Origin: a virus
Taxonomy: Duplodnaviria > Caudoviricetes
IMG/VR virus record: IMGVR_UViG_3300025120_000351
Span: 1-29,312 of that record
DNA: 29,312 nucleotides
Strand: one strand, 5' to 3'
This document shows positions 25,207 through 29,312 of this stretch, piece after piece. A program made the translations under genes and the position numbers. The notes below the pieces were generated by a model. That model was not told where the DNA came from, made no database searches, and was given only the letters and a program-made list of their open reading frames with translations. The first letter of the stretch is position 1, and each line of letters begins with the position of its first letter.

Positions 25207-26501
25207 TATGCGTACTTACTACTTCCTTGTATATCTAATCTTTGTCTGTCAAAACCATCTTGAAGAGCTTTAGTTAACAGTGAACCACTTTTGTTATAAC
25301 TTCCTTTTGAATCACCATAACTAGCTCCATAAGCTTCTAAAGAAGAATCACCATAACCAGTACTATAAGCACCTAATTGTTCTTGACCATCTCCTGCTAA
25401 GTAAGCTTGAGCATAATCAAGTGCTTTAGTTTTTCCTTTATCAAGTAAACTACTTGTTTTAGCATTTGCACTTATATCGTAAACAGGTGCGTCACCTACC
25501 TTAGTATAACTACCTGTTTGCCACATAGAAGAATCTCCTACTCCACCTTGTACCGATGATAGTTTAGCTTTAGAACCTGTATAACTATATGTACTAGCTG
25601 AATCTATATTAGGATTAGGTTGAGAAATTGTAAAGTCTCCTGAACTTGAGTAATCAATATCCCATGTTGTTTTTGTTCCTTGTGTAGTAGATGTCATACC
25701 ATTACTTTTTGTATATTCATGTGCACTAAAGTCATCAAGTTTATAATCTTGTTTAATAGTGTTATGATATCTTTGAGCATCAGGTGTCATGTTTTCATAA
25801 ATACCTTGTTTACTCCAAGCAGCATTTAAAATATTATATGACTGTGCATTAGCAGCATTAGCTACTGCCATATTAACACCACCAGTAGTAACTACACCAC
25901 TAGACGCAGCAGTTGTTGCTCCTGAATAACTAATAATAGTTTGGTTTCCTACTGTAATAGGAGTTTGTGCTAAAGTACCCATACCTGCACGACCACTAAG
26001 TACATCACCAGTTCCACCTACAAGATTTTTAAATCCTTCTGAAAAATTTCCTTTACCAAAACTTCCTACGGTTTTAGATAAAGTTTGTGTTATACCTTTG
26101 TAAGTACTACCAGCAAACTGTGCACCTTTATAAGCGTAACTACCTAAAGTTTTCATAGCACCTCCTAGTCCTGAAGCAAATCCAGGTGCGACTCCACCAG
26201 GCATAAGGAAACTTCCAAGGTTACCCCAGGCTGTACTAGCTATACCGCCTAAACCTCCAAGCATCCAAGGCATAGCAAAAGATAAAGCCATCATTCCTAT
26301 TGGGCCTATCTTATTACTAAACTTAGCAAACTTAACCATTGCACTCTTGCCAAATTTTTTAATTCCTTCCCAAGTTTTTTTACCAAGTTTTTTAATTCCT
26401 TTAGCAACTTTTTTTATAACCTTAGTAATAGGATTTTTTTTGACAATTTTTTTAACAACCTTTTTTACTTTTTTCTTTATCTTTTTAACTACTGAACCCA
26501 T
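25206..26501 (-). CDS. putative membrane-active virion protein with Lys-rich amphipathic N-terminus (431 aa)
   Basis: MGSVVKKIKKKVKKVVKKIVKK...; hydrophobic IGPIGMMALSFAMPWMLGGLGG; Gly/Ser/Thr-rich body. Confidence 0.7.
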   Translation of the reverse strand: MGSVVKKIKKKVKKVVKKIVKKNPITKVIKKVAKGIKKLGKKTWEGIKKFGKSAMVKFAKFSNKIGPIGMMALSFAMPWMLGGLGGIASTAWGNLGSFLMPGGVAPGFASGLGGAMKTLGSYAYKGAQFAGSTYKGITQTLSKTVGSFGKGNFSEGFKNLVGGTGDVLSGRAGMGTLAQTPITVGNQTIISYSGATTAASSGVVTTGGVNMAVANAANAQSYNILNAAWSKQGIYENMTPDAQRYHNTIKQDYKLDDFSAHEYTKSNGMTSTTQGTKTTWDIDYSSSGDFTISQPNPNIDSASTYSYTGSKAKLSSVQGGVGDSSMWQTGSYTKVGDAPVYDISANAKTSSLLDKGKTKALDYAQAYLAGDGQEQLGAYSTGYGDSSLEAYGASYGDSKGSYNKSGSLLTKALQDGFDRQRLDIQGSSKYA

Positions 26502-26940
26502 AGTTTTTTTCTCCTTTTGTAAATGCGTATCCTTGTTTTTTAATTTTTACTTCACCAAACTTATCGTGACCTAAACGTATCCAATTTATTTTTTGTTTGT
26601 CACCTACTTGTTCAGCTAAATTTCTTTGTGTCCACCTATGTAATGTAAGAATGCTACCATCATTACATATAGTATCCATGTGCCATATATTTTTTCCATT
26701 GTTCCACCAGCTTTCATCTTCTATTAAACCTGTTTGTTTAAATTTATTAGAAGATTTATTATTCATAAAAGCCCAACTAGTATAAGCAAAAGGTCTATCA
26801 CCTCTTCTAAAAACTCTATACTGATTAAGTTTTATTGGTGGTAAAACTTGTTGTAAGATGTGTTCAACATCTCCTTTAAATATATCTTTGTATACATTAG
26901 CAGTTCCAACTAAATGAACTGCAGCTTCTACATCATTCAT
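26485..26940 (-). CDS. RTX toxin-activating lysine acyltransferase family protein (HlyC/CyaC-like)
   Basis: VLPPIKLNQY..F....RPFAYTSWAFM...W.NG...W.MD matches the HlyC pattern VLPAI..NQY.......PVAYCSWA...W.SG...W.ID. Confidence 0.85.
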   Translation of the reverse strand: MNDVEAAVHLVGTANVYKDIFKGDVEHILQQVLPPIKLNQYRVFRRGDRPFAYTSWAFMNNKSSNKFKQTGLIEDESWWNNGKNIWHMDTICNDGSILTLHRWTQRNLAEQVGDKQKINWIRLGHDKFGEVKIKKQGYAFTKGEKNYGFSS

Positions 26941-26960
26941 TGTTTTTTTTATTATTATTA

Positions 26961-29009
26961 TTATAATAAAGTTATAGCAAACTCAGCTAACTTTCTAATA
27001 TTAGCGTACCTATCTGCAGTTGCTGATTGCTCATTACCAAGAGCTGCAATAGCTATTTTAGCTTTTCTATCTTCTTCATTTTCTGATGACTCATATTCCC
27101 ACTTTGCAGCATCTCTCATTTCTTGCCATAAGAAAGACAATCCTTGATTACTAAGATTAAAAGCATTCATTGCGTTAGCTTGATTAACTGCATTAACTCC
27201 AGCAGTATTAGCTGTGTTAGTTTGTCTACGCCATTGTACATTTGATTGTTCAATAGCTATAGAATTTTGTACATTAAACTGGTCTTTTTGAAATGCAAGT
27301 TGTGAATTAAATTGTTCTATTTGTGAATTCATTGTATCTTGTAATCGTTCAGCTTCAAGAGCATTACCTACATTTTGTGCAGCAATTGTATTAGTTTGTG
27401 TATTATTAAACTGTGTCATTGCATCAGCACGAGCAGAATTATTTTGTGCTATAGTAGAAGCAAGACTAGCCATAAACTGGTCTGTTTGCATATCACTAGT
27501 AGCATTAAATTGTTTAGCAGCATTGTTAGCAGCTTGGTCAGATAACATAGCTTGTTGTCTTTGTTGTGCAGTTAACATAGCAGCTTGTTGAGTATTACTA
27601 AGATTAGACATATCAAGTTGTAAAAATGATTGAGCATTTAATACTTGAGCTTGTTGTTTGTTATTAAGATTAGCCATATCCATAGAAGCAAGATTAGCTG
27701 CATTTTGCATTACAGCTTGCTGTGAATTACTAAGGTTTTGTAAATCAAAAGTTCTAAACAAATTAGAATTAGATATTACAGATTGTTGTTTGTTATTAAG
27801 ATTAAGAACATCCATACCTGCTATAGTTTGTGCATTAGCAAGAGCAGCAGATTGTTGGTTATTCATTCCTGCTAGTTCCATTTGCTGTTGTAACTCGGCG
27901 TTACCTACAGATGTTTGTTGATTGTTAGCAAGATTTTGTAAACGAACTTGTTGTGATTGAGAGGCACTAGCAACAATAGCTTGTTGTTGATTATTAAGAT
28001 TAGCCATTAACAACTGTTGTGTATTTTGTCCAGTCTGCATAGCAGCATCTTGAGTAAACTGTGCACCTGTTAACTGTGCTTGAAACTGTTGTTGTTTAGT
28101 TAATACTTCAGCTTGTTGTTGATTGTTAAGATTAGCCATAGCAGCTTGTTGTAACTGTGTAGCATTAGCTTGAGCAATTGGAATAGCACTTTGAATAATA
28201 GAATTAACTAAAGCTTCTCGACCAATAGAAGAACGACTCATTCCTCTTGATGCAAGATTTTTATCTACAGCTTCAACTGCAGCTCTTGCCCATGTAGGAA
28301 TAGTACCACTATCAATACCATCTAATAACTTTTCCATTTGACCTGACACAAGAGTATCAGCAGGAAGTGAAGCTATCTGTGCATTAACTGCAGCAGGTTG
28401 ACTTACAGTTGCAGCAGTTATTGCCGCTGGATTAGTACCAACAGCTCCTTGAATATTAGCAGGTAAACCTGCAGTTTGTGCAGCTATTGTAGCTTTTTGT
28501 CCAGTAATAGCAGCAGCTAAAGCTTGACTACTAATTGTACCTTGTGCAGCATTTGCAATTGCTTGTGCTCCAGGATTTGCAGAAGCACCTGTAACACTAG
28601 AAGCAGTACCAGATTGAGCAGCTACTTGTCTAGTTGCAGCAAGATTAGATTGAGTTGCACCAGTTGCAGTAGCACCTTGACCTATTGTAGAAGCAGTCAT
28701 ACTTGTTGGTTGAAGTGTAGTAGGAGTTGCAGCAGTTGCTGAAGTACCTGCAGTTGCACCAGTAATAGTACCAGCAGATATACCTTGAGTTCCTACAGCT
28801 GTAGTACTTGCTTGTCCAGCAGCACCTTGTTTTAAAACATCTACTCCACCTTCTTTTAAAACACCAGTTTGTTTAGTATAAGTTTGTTTAGCGTCTGCTG
28901 CTATTCTAGGGTCTTCTACTTGAGTAGAAAGATAGTCTTGTATATTTGTTTGACCTGTGCCCTTTTTATTAACAGTGCCTTTAGCTTTTGATTCGGTTGG
29001 TATTGCCAT
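26961..29009 (-). CDS. Gln/Asn/Ala-rich repeat protein, putative ejection/pilot protein (682 aa)
   Basis: Ala/Thr-rich N-half; 22-aa periodic NL.N.QQ repeats; C-terminal WRRQTNT motif. Confidence 0.7.
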   Translation of the reverse strand: MAIPTESKAKGTVNKKGTGQTNIQDYLSTQVEDPRIAADAKQTYTKQTGVLKEGGVDVLKQGAAGQASTTAVGTQGISAGTITGATAGTSATAATPTTLQPTSMTASTIGQGATATGATQSNLAATRQVAAQSGTASSVTGASANPGAQAIANAAQGTISSQALAAAITGQKATIAAQTAGLPANIQGAVGTNPAAITAATVSQPAAVNAQIASLPADTLVSGQMEKLLDGIDSGTIPTWARAAVEAVDKNLASRGMSRSSIGREALVNSIIQSAIPIAQANATQLQQAAMANLNNQQQAEVLTKQQQFQAQLTGAQFTQDAAMQTGQNTQQLLMANLNNQQQAIVASASQSQQVRLQNLANNQQTSVGNAELQQQMELAGMNNQQSAALANAQTIAGMDVLNLNNKQQSVISNSNLFRTFDLQNLSNSQQAVMQNAANLASMDMANLNNKQQAQVLNAQSFLQLDMSNLSNTQQAAMLTAQQRQQAMLSDQAANNAAKQFNATSDMQTDQFMASLASTIAQNNSARADAMTQFNNTQTNTIAAQNVGNALEAERLQDTMNSQIEQFNSQLAFQKDQFNVQNSIAIEQSNVQWRRQTNTANTAGVNAVNQANAMNAFNLSNQGLSFLWQEMRDAAKWEYESSENEEDRKAKIAIAALGNEQSATADRYANIRKLAEFAITLL

Positions 29010-29012
29010 AAT

Positions 29013-29156
29013 TTATCTTCTCTTTCCTTGACCTCTATAAGGTTTGAAGTTTGCTCTCTTTTTTTTATTCATAGTACTAGTTATTGGATGCCTACCCATA
29101 GATGTTCCTTTTGGTGTGTGTATATGACCTTCTTGTGATTTCCAAATCTTTGCCAT
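29013..29156 (-). CDS. small basic protein (47 aa) with YRGQG C-terminus
   Basis: Manually translated MAKIWKSQEG...MNKKKRANFKPYRGQGKRR. Confidence 0.7.
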   Translation of the reverse strand: MAKIWKSQEGHIHTPKGTSMGRHPITSTMNKKKRANFKPYRGQGKRR

Positions 29157-29159
29157 TAG

Positions 29160-29312
29160 TTACATAAAAGTTCTTAAAACAATAAACATCATCTGAGCAA
29201 AAACAGTAGTACCAATAAACCATACTAAAGCACGCAGTTGTCGCATGTCTTTTTCAATATGAAATAAATGATTGTCTTTTAAAACTCCTAGTTTACTATC
29301 CATTAGTTCAAG
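29160..29312 (-). CDS. partial small membrane protein (5' end outside window)
   Basis: LELMDSKLGVLKDNHLFHIEKDMRQLRALVWFIGTTVFAQMMFIVLRTFM; coiled coil plus C-terminal TM. Confidence 0.65.
   Translation of the reverse strand, partial: LELMDSKLGVLKDNHLFHIEKDMRQLRALVWFIGTTVFAQMMFIVLRTFM

Noticed and set aside
17029-28742. Antisense or alternate-frame ORFs in the - arm (17029, 17126, 17223, 19303, 20094, 23628, 26347, 26597, 26914, 27658, 28524)
   Set aside because: Lie within longer genes and reflect their biased codon use.
25206-29009. RTX toxin operon
   Set aside because: No GGXGXD calcium-binding repeats and no ABC transporter or membrane fusion protein genes.
1-29312. tRNA genes, integrase, stop-codon reassignment
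   Set aside because: No cloverleaf or recombinase motifs seen; genes tile densely with intact enzymes under the standard bacterial code.

Overview
AT-rich fragment of a dsDNA tailed-phage genome, most consistent with a marine podovirus of the SIO1/cobavirus (Zobellviridae)-like type: T7-like replisome, no phage RNA polymerase in the window, and two convergent arms meeting at about 14380. The + arm (1-14378) has many small early genes, an amidoligase plus class II glutamine amidotransferase pair, near-consensus sigma70 promoters, SSB, primase-helicase, family A DNA polymerase, Cas4-like exonuclease, endonuclease I, B12-dependent class II ribonucleotide reductase and a gamma-glutamylcyclotransferase. 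The - arm (14381-29312) has small membrane/lysis-type genes, Hsp20 with a ROSE-like thermometer hairpin, a lysozyme fusion protein, large probable internal virion proteins and a cluster of small basic proteins. Best candidate for a new system (25206-29009): a Gln/Asn-rich protein with strict 22-residue repeats, an RTX-type (HlyC-family) acyltransferase with no RTX toxin nearby, and an overlapping gene for a Lys-rich amphipathic membrane protein, suggesting a fatty-acylated DNA-ejection apparatus. All assignments are by-eye motif recognition; no searches were run.
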